Origin: Schmidtea polychroa
Taxonomy: Eukaryota
DNA length: 64,000 bases
Direction: 5' to 3'
Assembly (NCBI GenBank): GCA_044892525.1
Contig: CM097885.1
Span: 69,130,001-69,194,000, forward strand
Numbering within the stretch: the stretch's first letter is position 1; each line of letters begins with the position of its first letter. Both the position numbers and the translations under genes were made by a program. The notes under the pieces are model-generated. The model worked only from the letters and a program-made list of their open reading frames with translations, was not told the DNA's origin and did no database searches. Positions 47,295-59,909 of this stretch are shown here, in pieces.

Positions 47295-48399
47295 CTGTGT
47301 TGGGCTAGAACTGATTTCTAGACCCAAACTTCTAATTGTGGCTGCAATGTGTAGGTACACAACATGCAAAAAGCAAAAAGTATAGCTAAATATTAAAAAC
47401 TACACCAAATAAACAATGGTAATTAAAGGTGAAAACAACAAAAAATAAACACAGAAATTAAATAAAATTATACAAAAGCAAGAAGTTATGCAAAATCAAA
47501 CTCAAAAATATCCAAATAAACATAGAATTACAAAAACAGACTCGAATAACTTAAAAAACGGTAAAAACAGTAAAAATTTCCAGAAAACCCAGAACATTCC
47601 ATAAAAATGGCGAGGACCATCACAAAAGCCATCTAGAATAATAAAAGTTAGGAAAATAAATAAATTCGTATTAAAAATAAAAAATCTTAAAAAGAAATTC
47701 ATAAAACATGAGTTAAAATAAAAATAAAATTAAAATTAACATGGAATGTTCTGGAACCGTTCCAAATCCATCATGGACGTCAAATTAATGAAAAATAATT
47801 AAAAAATAAAAATTTAAAAATAGAAACAAAAATTATGGCCCAAAAATTGCCATTAAAAATATCAAAATCGCAAAATAGAAAATTCTGGAATAAAAAGAAT
47901 TCGAGTTTGTTTTAATGCATCAATACATACACGTGTACAAAATAGGTATATATACTGACACGTTTCAGCCACAGATCATCATTATTTTATGCCAAAATTT
48001 TTTTGTACTATTGCTTCATTTTATTGATTATTATTTTATTTCATTATTATGTATCTATTGTTGACCCATTTATGTTAAACGATTAAAATGATTTATATTT
48101 TGATTTTGCTTAATTAATTTTTTTTTGTTGTGTGTGATGTACGGATGTTCAACGGCGTACTGGTATTCCTGCGTCGTTGTTCAGACCTGCATCCAATTTT
48201 GTAAAATCTCATAGGACATGTAAACCTGCATTATCTATATTATATTAATCCATATTATACGGCTCTTTTTGTTCGGGTCAGCCGGAGGTCGAACTACTTC
48301 ATGGTCCTGCCATGGAGTTAGGTCGAGGAAACCATCCGCCTGACTCTTTGTATTTATCTAAGGTCAACCGTAAATGGTCAACAAGTAAATATTACCAAC

Positions 48400-48780
48400 A
48401 TTATTAGCAGATTTACTCATATTATTAATATTATTATTCTTCTTAGTAATATCATTATTTTTATCATTATTATTATCCCTAGTATTATTAAGGTAAATTA
48501 CAACGATTTACAAGCAAATATTATCAACATTATTGACAGTATTACTCATATTATTAATGCTATTATCCTTCTTATTATTATCATTATTATTACCATTATT
48601 ATTATCATTACGATTATCATTATTATTATTATTATCATTATTATCATTTGTACCATCACTATTATCATCATTTTTACTATTACTAAGGATATTATTACCA
48701 CTATCACCCTTAATTTCATGGTCATTAATGTCATCATTAATAGTATTAACATTAGTAGCATAGCTATCCTTATTCGACGA
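48400..48780. repeat. (ATT/ATC)n low-complexity microsatellite region
   Basis: Runs of ATTATT/ATCATT generate spurious N/D-, L- and I/M-rich ORFs. Confidence 0.85.
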
Positions 48781-48919
48781 AAATAAACTTAGAAACTGAA
48801 TTATTAATTTTGGGATTCCCCAGTAGGTAGATAGTGGCCTACGGCAGCAATGACCCCCCCCATGGGGGGGGGGGGGTTCTGCTGCCGTAATTTTTTTGCT
48901 GCAACTTTTGATTACGCAA

Positions 48920-50200
48920 TTTTTCAGACTATAGTGAGGGGGTCTCGATGGTCCTGGGATTTTCAATGCAAAAAAAATTTTTTCTATACAAAAACGATGG
49001 TCCTGGGATTTTCAATACAAAAAAAATTTTTCTATACAAAAATCCGACTACCACTAAAAAAGCATGGAATTTTCACACTATAGTGAGGGGGTCTCGATGG
49101 TCCTGGGATTTTCAATGCAAAAAAAATTTTTTCTATACAAAAACGATGGTCCTGGGATTTTCAATACAAAAAAAATTTTTCTATACAAAAATCCGACTAC
49201 CACTAAAAAAGCATGGAATTTTCACACTATAGTGAGGGGGTCTCGATGGTCCTGGGATTTTCAATACAAATAAAATTTTTTCTATACAAAAACGATGGTC
49301 CTGGGATTTTCAATACAAATAAAATTTTTTCAATACAAAAAGGCGGTCTCACTAAAAAAGCATGGAATTTTCAGACTATAGTGATGGGGTCTCGATGGTC
49401 CTGGGATTTTCAATACAAATAAAATTTTTTCTATACAAAAACGATGGTCCTGGGATTTTCAATACAAAAAAAATTTTTCAATACAAAAAGGCGGTCTCAC
49501 TAAAAAAGCATGGATTTTTCAGACTATAGTGAGGTGAGTCTCCTTGGTCCTGAGAAATAGGTGGTCTACACTAGAAAAATGTGGTAATTTAAGGTCTCAG
49601 GATATTTTCAATACAAAAAGCTGGTCTACACTAAAAAAGCCAAGGATTTTTCAGACTATAGCGAGGTGAGTCTCCTTGGTCCTGAGAAATAAGGGGGTCT
49701 CGATGGACCTGGGATTTTCAATACAAATAAAATTTTTTCTATACAAAAATCCGACTACCACTAAAAAAGCATGGAATTTTCACACTATAGTGAGGGGGTC
49801 TCGATGGAACTGGGATTTTCAATACAAATAAAATTTTTCTATACAAAAATCCGACTATCAATAAAAAAGTCAAGGATTATTCACACTATAGTGAGGGGGT
49901 CTCGATGAACCTGGGATTTTCAATACAAATAAAATTTTTTCTATACAAAAATCCGACTACCACTAAAAAAGCCAAGGATTTTTCAGACTATAGTGAGGGG
50001 GTCTCGATGGTCCTGGGATTTTCAATACAAAAAAAATTTTTCAATACAAAAAGCTGGTCTACACTAAAAAAGCATGGTAATTTAAGGTCTCAGGATATTT
50101 TCAATACAAAAAGCTGGTCTACACTAAAAAAGCCAAGGATTTTTCAGACTATAGTGAGGTGAGTCTCCTTGGTCCTGAGAAATAGGTGGTCTACACTAAA
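48920..50200 (+). repeat. Modular tandem array (149-bp main period, with 60-70 bp variant modules); mirrored at about 62440-63780
   Basis: Recurrent ACTATAGTGAGGGGGTCTCGATGGTCCTGGGATTTTCAATACAAA; repeat-derived ORF starts at 49064 and 49213 differ by 149. Confidence 0.9.
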
Positions 50201-50214
50201 AACGTGGTAAATTT

Positions 50215-50610
50215 TTCAATTAAAGTAAATAATGGTCCAAATTTTAAAATTAAAGTAAATTATGGTTCTAAAAATTAAATTATAGTAAATTATGGCTCAA
50301 ATTTTTAAATTACAGTAAATTATGGTCCTAAAAATTAAATTACAGTAAATTATGGTCAAACATTTTAAATTAAAAAAAACAATGGTTCAAATTTTTCAAA
50401 TACAGTAAATTATGGGTCTAAAAATTAAATTACAGTAAATAATGGTTCTAAAAATTAAATTAAAGTAAATTATGGTTCTAAAATATTAAATTACAGTAAA
50501 TTATGGTCCAGATTTTTCAATTAAAGTAAATAATGGTCCAAATTTTTAAATTAAAGTAAATTTAAGTTCTTAAAAATTAAATTACAGTAAATAATGGTCC
50601 AAATTTTTAA
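50215..50610 (+). repeat. ~30-bp tandem array (AAATTACAGTAAATTATGGTCC...); mirrored at about 62030-62420
   Basis: About 13 degenerate copies visible. Confidence 0.85.
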
Positions 50611-50999
50611 ATTAAGTAATCAATGGTAAAAAATTTTAAATAAGTAAATTAAAGTAATAATTTTTAAATTAAGTAATCAATGGTAAAAAATTTTAAATAA
50701 GTAAATTAAAGTAAGATTTTAAAATTTAATTACAAAATAATAGAAGGTGTTTGAGAATTGAAATTTTTTAATGAAAATTTTTATGAAATAATTTTTAAGT
50801 AATTTTTAATAGAAATTTTAATGAAATATTTTTCAATGGTAATTTTTAATGGAAATTTTTATGGAATAATTTTTTAAGTAATTTTTAATGTAAATTTTTA
50901 TGAAATATTTTTCAATGATAATTTTAGATGGAAATTTTTAAGATAATTTTTAATGAAAATTTTTATGAAATATTTATCAAAGACAAATTTTAATAATAA

Positions 51000-52420
51000 T
51001 TCAACAACAAACCAACAACTTAGTACCAACAACCAGTAACTTACGAACATGTATTAACAACCAGATACCTACAACTAGTTACTAACAACTAGTTACATGA
51101 TACTAAGTAAATACAACCACCTAACAAGTACTAACAACCAAAAACAAGCAACCAACCAGGTACCAGTTACCAACTACTAAGTACCTACAACCAACTAGTT
51201 ACCTGATACCAAGTACTTACAACTAAATACTAACAACCAGTTACCTGATACCTAGTACTTACAACTAGTTACTAACAACCAAAAACAAGCAACCAACTAG
51301 GTACCAAGTACTAACAACCAAAAACAACTAGCTAACAACTAGATACCAAGTACCTACAACCACCTACCTATTAACTAGCTACCAAGTACTAACAACTAAC
51401 AACAATCAGGTACTAGATACCAAGTACTTACAACCTACAACAACTAGGTACTAAGCATTATCAACCAAGTACCTAAAACCACCTAACAAGTACATACAAC
51501 CAACATCAACCAGGTACCTACAACTAGATACTAACAAACAGTTACCAAGTACCTACAACCACCTACCCATTAACTAGCTACAACCAGCTAACAACTAGCT
51601 ACCAAGTACTAACAACCAACAACCAGCTAACAACTAACAACCAGATACCTACTACTTACAACCAACAACTAAGTACTAACAACCAGCTAACAACTAGATA
51701 CTAACAACCAGTTACCTGATACCAAGTACCTACAACTAGATACCACGTACTAAATAACTCTCAAACAACCAAGTACCTACAACTAATTACCAGATACCAA
51801 GTACTATCAACCAGCTAACAACCTGATACCAACTACTCACAACCAGATAACAACTAACAACCAGATACCAAGTACTTACAACTAGTTACTAACAACTAGC
51901 TACCAACTACTAAGTACTAACAACCAACATCAACCAGGTACTAAGCATTATCAACCAAGTACTAACAACTAGATACCTAGTTACTAACAACCCGCTAACA
52001 ACTAACAACTAGATACCAAGTACCAGTAAATTACGAACATGTATTAACAACCAGATACCTACAACTAGTTACCTGATAGCAACCAACTAGCTACCAACTA
52101 CTAAGTACCTACAACCAACATCAACCAGGTACTAAGCATTAATTACCAACTACTAAGTACCTACAACCAACTAACAACCACCTACCAAGTACTAAGCATT
52201 ATCAACCAACTACTAAGTACCTACAACCAACTAGCTACCACCTACCAAGTACTAACAACCAGTTACCAACTACTAAGCATTAATTACCTACAACTAGTTA
52301 CTAACAACTAGATACCAAGTACATACAACCAACATCAACCAGGTACTAGATACCAAGTACTAACAACCAAGTAACTTACCTAGTAATAAGCACTGTCAAC
52401 TAGATACCAAACACTTACAA
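51000..52420 (+). repeat. A/C-rich shuffled minisatellite; mirrored at about 60220-61640
   Basis: Built from ACAACCAG, ACAACTAG, ATACCAAGTAC and TAACAAC modules. Confidence 0.85.
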
Positions 52421-52726
52421 GCAGATGACCACATGAAATTATTGGTTAAATATGAAAATAAGGGTTATAATTAGTTGTTAAGTAAATTATGGTGTAAAAT
52501 TAAGAAATAAAGAATAATTAGGTAAATTAAAGTAATAATTTTAAAAAAGTAAATTAAGGTTCAAATTTTAAATTAAATAAGTAAATTAAAGTAATAATTT
52601 TTAAATAAGTAATGTACTAAGTAAATTAAACTAAGATTTTTAAATTTATTATCAAAAGATTGAATAACAACCAACTTTTTTGAGAAATGTAATTTATAAT
52701 GAAAATTTAAATGGAAATTTTAATGG

Positions 52727-52758
<32 letters not shown>

Positions 52759-53194
52759 TAATAATAATAATAAAAATAATAATAATTCAACAGTTACCAA
52801 CAATCGGTTACTAAATATTTTTAACTAAGTGCTAACAAATACTTACAACTAGATACCACGTACTAACTCTCAAACAACCAGATACTTACAACGAACTACT
52901 AAATATTCTTCATTGTATTTTATGAAATGCTTTTTAAATTAATTTTTTATCTATCTTCAAAAATATATTTAATTACAATCATTAGAAAAACCTTTTCAAA
53001 TTTAACAAAAAATGTTGATTTTCATCAAAAAACCACAACTCATCACCACGTGGATTTCAAAATAATTTTAATTACAATGAAAGACTAATGAATTCTAATT
53101 TACAAAACATTCTTCTTTTAAATGATAACTTATTATTGCAATGTAAAAATCGCATTCAATAAATACTTATTGTTGATCAGTTTTATTATATATA

Positions 53195-55336
53195 CTCTGA
53201 GTTTATCCGACAGGATGTTTTGACCCCCTAAGGGTACTGGTCGTAAGGGTATTAGTCGTAAGGGTACTAGTCGTAGGGGTATTGGTAACTCTCAACCCCC
53301 CACCTACCCATTAAGTAGTTACTATCAATCAGCTAACAACTAGATACCATGTACTAACAACCACCATCAAAACCCATCGAGAAATTAACAACACTGTACC
53401 AACTACCAAATACAAGAAACCAACAACTTAGTACCAACAATCAACTAACAACACATAAAAATAATAGCAATTAAATAAAAAAAAAATTATTCTTCATCGC
53501 ATACACTATTTTCTTATCAAAATCTAAAAAGTCAACCAACTACTTACAACCAACAACTATGTACTAACAAATTGATCTTTAAAAGCAAATACTCATCACT
53601 TGAAAAATTAGATGGAAAATTATTTGAACTCAAGGCATCAATAACTAGGTAAAATTTGATTAAATTATTGTAAAAATTTAAATTATTCAAAATAAATATC
53701 ATAAAAATTTAATTAATGGACAGGAAAAAATTCTAATCATTAATCATCCAGTAAATAAAAAAAATACTGATCATTCAAGTTGAATCAACTAAGATAATAA
53801 ATTAATAAAAGTTTTGAAATAAGATCTAGATTTAGATTGAATAAAATTAATTTTAATTATTTTTGTAAAAGTAATACATGTACTCAAATTGATTGACTGA
53901 TTTCTCAATATATTCAAAAAATCAGTATAAATTCATTACAATTATCAAAGTCAGCAATCTACAATAAAAATAATTATCATTAAATTCCAAAAGAGACTAG
54001 ATAACTAATGATAACATCTAACAAACCAGTAAATTCATTTAAATGGCAATAATTGGTATATCCAAGTGAATTCTCTAATAAAATCATCTAAAAAGCATCA
54101 TTTTCCCTAAATATATCAATATTTAAAGATTGGTATTGTAATGATAAAGTCAATCGACTATATCTCCCTTACAATGATCTATTTCCATCTTAACCCATCC
54201 CTCATTAAATTTAATAACCGACAATATCCCATCTTAACCGATCTCTCAGCAAATATTTCTACCCTTTTAAACATCTATCCGATTATATCCCTTATTTTCC
54301 CTAAAGATTTCACCCACTTGAGCCCTTTAATATATATCAATCCTCTTAAAATCCTCAGAGAACTTCAAAAATCTGACTTTTAATTAATTGTTATAGAACC
54401 AGACAAATAATAAGAGCCCATTAAAAGATCAAAATTCACTAAATTTTCTACAAATATTTACCATCAAATACTGGAGATGATATATATTGTTTGATCATAA
54501 TTCTTCAGCTATTCAACCAATCATTTTCAAGCAATAACAGCAAACTAAATTTCTGTATATCCTACAATAATTATCACGTAAATTTAAAGTCCTTGATAAA
54601 GTTGGTTTCTTAGCTTATGTTTTTTAAAGGGCATCAATGTGTAAATATTCTTAGAAAATTATTCTTAGAAAATTATTTATTCAAATATATTACAAAGTTA
54701 TCATCAAAAATAACTTAATTATTAACCTAATTGTCAATGAAATTAATTTTTATTTAAAAACTATTCAATAAAATACAACTAATTATCAAGAAATTAATTA
54801 AATTTATCAATTAAATTTATCACCATTAAAACTTTTAATCAGTCAACATGAAATTCTTAGAAAATTATTCAATATCCTCATCAAAATTTATCCTACCACT
54901 TGATTATTGTACAAACTTTAATTATTAACCTCATTAAAAATAAATTTTTATTTAAAATTAAAAAACAAGTCAATAAAAATACATTCAATTATCATGAAAT
55001 TAATTAAATTTACCTTAGAATTAGCATTAAATTAGAGATATTCACAAAAATTACGGAAATTCATGAAAATAATGGAAATCCATAAAAATGATAGAAATTC
55101 ATAAAAACGATAAAAATTCACAAAAATGATAGAAATTCACAAAAATGATAGAAATTTACTTGAATAAAACCATCAACTCTAAACATTATCAATACCTTAA
55201 ACATCAAATTTGCCTAAATAATCATTCAAATAAAAGCATTAAATGATCAGTACCCTTGCGACATGTTGAATGTGAGTAGTACCCTTGTGAGCAATACCCA
55301 TAGGGGGACAGAATATTTTGTCGGATAAACTCAGAG
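53195..55336. mobile_element. 2142-bp non-autonomous TIR element nested in the left arm
   Basis: Perfect 18-bp TIR CTCTGAGTTTATCCGACA extending imperfectly to about 45 bp, TA(TATA) on both flanks, GGGTAC subterminal repeats. Confidence 0.75.
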
Positions 55337-55826
55337 TATATATTAATTAACTCATTCTTCATTGAATTAGTCAAATTATCATAAATTTCGATAAAAATTC
55401 TAAAGTGGTAAGCAATGTAAAGAGAAATATTCTTTAAACTTTGATAAAATTAACAATGAAGGTGGTAAGAATCTTCATTAAAGTGAGGAAATTATTCATT
55501 ACTCGATTCAAATGGGTGAAAATAATTGGTAGAATAATTCATTAATGGATCATTGAATGGGCATAGATAAGAAGAAAGTTGATAAGAATGCAAATATATT
55601 AATTGAATTTATTTAAAATTATTTCATAAAATTCATAAATTTAATAAAAAAAAGAAATATTTGTGGGGAATAATTAATCAAAATCGGGGGGAATATAAGT
55701 GATAATAATTAGTGGAAAATAGAGAATCGGGGGGATATAAGTGAGGAGGATATATAATTTAAACTAGTTTATTACATAACAACCCGCGTCTAGTTTATTA
55801 CATAACAAGCTGTGAATGGTATTTTA

Positions 55827-56783
55827 TTGAGAATTATTGATTAGGTCTTTTTTATAATTTTTGAATAAGTACTTTAATACCTTAATAATTTAAATGTTTT
55901 GATTTACACTAAATAATTTCTAAATCAATTACCCTTTTCAATCAAAATAAGATCAATTATATACCTTTTTATAAAATTCAGTTAAAATTAAATACTTTCC
56001 ACTAAATTTAAAATATATAAATTTTATAAGTTTTTCAAATTTTCAAATAATGTAAATAAGAAATTAATCTATTACCAGTTACATACTTATTGACGGAATT
56101 ACGTAATAGAAATAAAAAGTAACTTAGGTTATTTTTTTTTCAAAATTATGACTAAGTCCTTTAATATTGTAATAATAGCTATTTATTAATAAATTTATTA
56201 TTTTACGTTAAATATTTCAAAAACAATTATCATATTATTAATTATATTACCCTTTTTAATCAAAATAAGATAACTATTCAAATAGATGATTTTTATAAAT
56301 TACAATAAAAATTAAATACTTTTACACTAAATTTAAAAATATAAATTTTATAAGTAAATGTGAATAAGAAATAAGTGTATTATCAGTTATAGACTTTTAA
56401 AACTTATTGATTAGATATTAAAAGTTACTTTTTTTTCAAAAAGTCCTTTAATATTGTATTCTATTCATTATTAAATTTACTATTTTACACTAAAATATTT
56501 TAATTTAGAAAACAATCATCATAATATTAAATATGATACTTCAATCAAAATAAGTTAATACTCAAATATTTGTCTTAAAAATTAAATCAAAATTAAATAC
56601 TTCACTAAATTTTAAGTAAAGTTTTTTTAAATTCTCAAATAAATGTTAACAAGATATTAATTTATTAATCATTATAGACTTTTTAAACTTATTATTGGAA
56701 TAAAAAACAATATAATGATATTCAAAATATATACAATTTTAAAATATAATTAAAATTAAATTACATACTAGGTAAAATGTTGG
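55827..56783. repeat. 957-bp non-palindromic AT-rich spacer made of about three diverged ~300-bp direct repeats
   Basis: AATCAAAATAAG at 55940, 56258 and 56543, each followed by AAAATTAAATACTT..CACTAAATTT. Confidence 0.8.
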
Positions 56784-57299
56784 TAAAATACCATTCACAG
56801 CTTGTCATGTAATAAACTAGTCATGGCTTGTTATGTAATAAACTAGACGCGGGTTGTTATGTAATAAACTAGTTTAAATTATATATCCTCCTCACTTATA
56901 TCCCCCCGATTCTCTATTTTCCACTAATTATTATCACTTATATTCCCCCCGATTTTGATTAATTATTCCCCACAAATATTTCTTTTTTTTATTAAATTTA
57001 TGAATTTTATGAAATAATTTTAAATAAATTCAATTAATATATTTGCATTCTTATCAACTTTCTTCTTATCTATGCCCATTCAATGATCCATTAATGAATT
57101 ATTCTACCAATTATTTTCACCCATTTGAATCGAGTAATGAATAATTTCCTCACTTTAATGAAGATTCTTACCACCTTCATTGTTAATTTTATCAAAGTTT
57201 AAAGAATATTTCTCTTTACATTGCTTACCACTTTAGAATTTTTATCGAAATTTATGATAATTTGACTAATTCAATGAAGAATGAGTTAATTAATATATA

Positions 57300-59441
57300 C
57301 TCTGAGTTTATCCGACAAAATATTCTGTCCCCCTATGGGTATTGCTCACAAGGGTACTACTCACATTCAACATGTCGCAAGGGTACTGATCATTTAATGC
57401 TTTTATTTGAATGATTATTTAGGCAAATTTGATGTTTAAGGTATTGATAATGTTTAGAGTTGATGGTTTTATTCAAGTAAATTTCTATCATTTTTGTGAA
57501 TTTCTATCATTTTTGTGAATTTTTATCGTTTTTATGAATTTCTATCATTTTTATGGATTTCCATTATTTTCATGAATTTCCGTAATTTTTGTGAATATCT
57601 CTAATTTAATGCTAATTCTAAGGTAAATTTAATTAATTTCATGATAATTGAATGTATTTTTATTGACTTGTTTTTTAATTTTAAATAAAAATTTATTTTT
57701 AATGAGGTTAATAATTAAAGTTTGTACAATAATCAAGTGGTAGGATAAATTTTGATGAGGATATTGAATAATTTTCTAAGAATTTCATGTTGACTGATTA
57801 AAAGTTTTAATGGTGATAAATTTAATTGATAAATTTAATTAATTTCTTGATAATTAGTTGTATTTTATTGAATAGTTTTTAAATAAAAATTAATTTCATT
57901 GACAATTAGGTTAATAATTAAGTTATTTTTGATGATAACTTTGTAATATATTTGAATAAATAATTTTCTAAGAATAATTTTCTAAGAATATTTACACATT
58001 GATGCCCTTTAAAAAACATAAGCTAAGAAACCAACTTTATCAAGGACTTTAAATTTACGTGATAATTATTGTAGGATATACAGAAATTTAGTTTGCTGTT
58101 ATTGCTTGAAAATGATTGGTTGAATAGCTGAAGAATTATGATCAAACAATATATATCATCTCCAGTATTTGATGGTAAATATTTGTAGAAAATTTAGTGA
58201 ATTTTGATCTTTTAATGGGCTCTTATTATTTGTCTGGTTCTATAACAATTAATTAAAAGTCAGATTTTTGAAGTTCTCTGAGGATTTTAAGAGGATTGAT
58301 ATATATTAAAGGGCTCAAGTGGGTGAAATCTTTAGGGAAAATAAGGGATATAATCGGATAGATGTTTAAAAGGGTAGAAATATTTGCTGAGAGATCGGTT
58401 AAGATGGGATATTGTCGGTTATTAAATTTAATGAGGGATGGGTTAAGATGGAAATAGATCATTGTAAGGGAGATATAGTCGATTGACTTTATCATTACAA
58501 TACCAATCTTTAAATATTGATATATTTAGGGAAAATGATGCTTTTTAGATGATTTTATTAGAGAATTCACTTGGATATACCAATTATTGCCATTTAAATG
58601 AATTTACTGGTTTGTTAGATGTTATCATTAGTTATCTAGTCTCTTTTGGAATTTAATGATAATTATTTTTATTGTAGATTGCTGACTTTGATAATTGTAA
58701 TGAATTTATACTGATTTTTTGAATATATTGAGAAATCAGTCAATCAATTTGAGTACATGTATTACTTTTACAAAAATAATTAAAATTAATTTTATTCAAT
58801 CTAAATCTAGATCTTATTTCAAAACTTTTATTAATTTATTATCTTAGTTGATTCAACTTGAATGATCAGTATTTTTTTTATTTACTGGATGATTAATGAT
58901 TAGAATTTTTTCCTGTCCATTAATTAAATTTTTATGATATTTATTTTGAATAATTTAAATTTTTACAATAATTTAATCAAATTTTACCTAGTTATTGATG
59001 CCTTGAGTTCAAATAATTTTCCATCTAATTTTTCAAGTGATGAGTATTTGCTTTTAAAGATCAATTTGTTAGTACATAGTTGTTGGTTGTAAGTAGTTGG
59101 TTGACTTTTTAGATTTTGATAAGAAAATAGTGTATGCGATGAAGAATAATTTTTTTTTTATTTAATTGCTATTATTTTTATGTGTTGTTAGTTGATTGTT
59201 GGTACTAAGTTGTTGGTTTCTTGTATTTGGTAGTTGGTACAGTGTTGTTAATTTCTCGATGGGTTTTGATGGTGGTTGTTAGTACATGGTATCTAGTTGT
59301 TAGCTGATTGATAGTAACTACTTAATGGGTAGGTGGGGGGTTGAGAGTTACCAATACCCCTACGACTAGTACCCTTACGACTAATACCCTTACGACCAGT
59401 ACCCTTAGGGGGTCAAAACATCCTGTCGGATAAACTCAGAG
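57300..59441. mobile_element. Mirror copy of the nested TIR element in the right arm
   Basis: Exact mirror coordinates (paired positions sum to 112636); same TIRs and TA flanks. Confidence 0.75.
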
Positions 59442-59877
59442 TATATATAATAAAACTGATCAACAATAAGTATTTATTGAATGCGATTTTTACATTGCAA
59501 TAATAAGTTATCATTTAAAAGAAGAATGTTTTGTAAATTAGAATTCATTAGTCTTTCATTGTAATTAAAATTATTTTGAAATCCACGTGGTGATGAGTTG
59601 TGGTTTTTTGATGAAAATCAACATTTTTTGTTAAATTTGAAAAGGTTTTTCTAATGATTGTAATTAAATATATTTTTGAAGATAGATAAAAAATTAATTT
59701 AAAAAGCATTTCATAAAATACAATGAAGAATATTTAGTAGTTCGTTGTAAGTATCTGGTTGTTTGAGAGTTAGTACGTGGTATCTAGTTGTAAGTATTTG
59801 TTAGCACTTAGTTAAAAATATTTAGTAACCGATTGTTGGTAACTGTTGAATTATTATTATTTTTATTATTATTATTA

Positions 59878-59909
<32 letters not shown>

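Noticed and set aside
48508-48966. N/D-rich 152-aa ORF and overlapping Leu- or Ile/Met-rich ORFs
   Set aside because: Products of the (ATT/ATC)n microsatellite.
49070-49090. CACTATAG resembling T7/SP6 promoter ends (vector contamination)
   Set aside because: Only the last 8-9 nt match, the upstream promoter bases are absent, and the motif is an integral unit of the array.
48850-50162. Short ORFs in the subterminal arrays (and mirrors at 62474-63870)
   Set aside because: They are translations of tandem repeat units, with no domain motifs and repeated peptide blocks.
48920-50200. CRISPR-like appearance of the regularly spaced repeats
   Set aside because: Intervening sequences are themselves repeated rather than unique spacers; eukaryotic context; no cas genes.
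54141-54383. 80-aa ORF present in both arms (mirror 58253-58495)
   Set aside because: I/L/P/S-rich composition follows from pyrimidine strand bias; no motif; duplicated only because of the palindrome.
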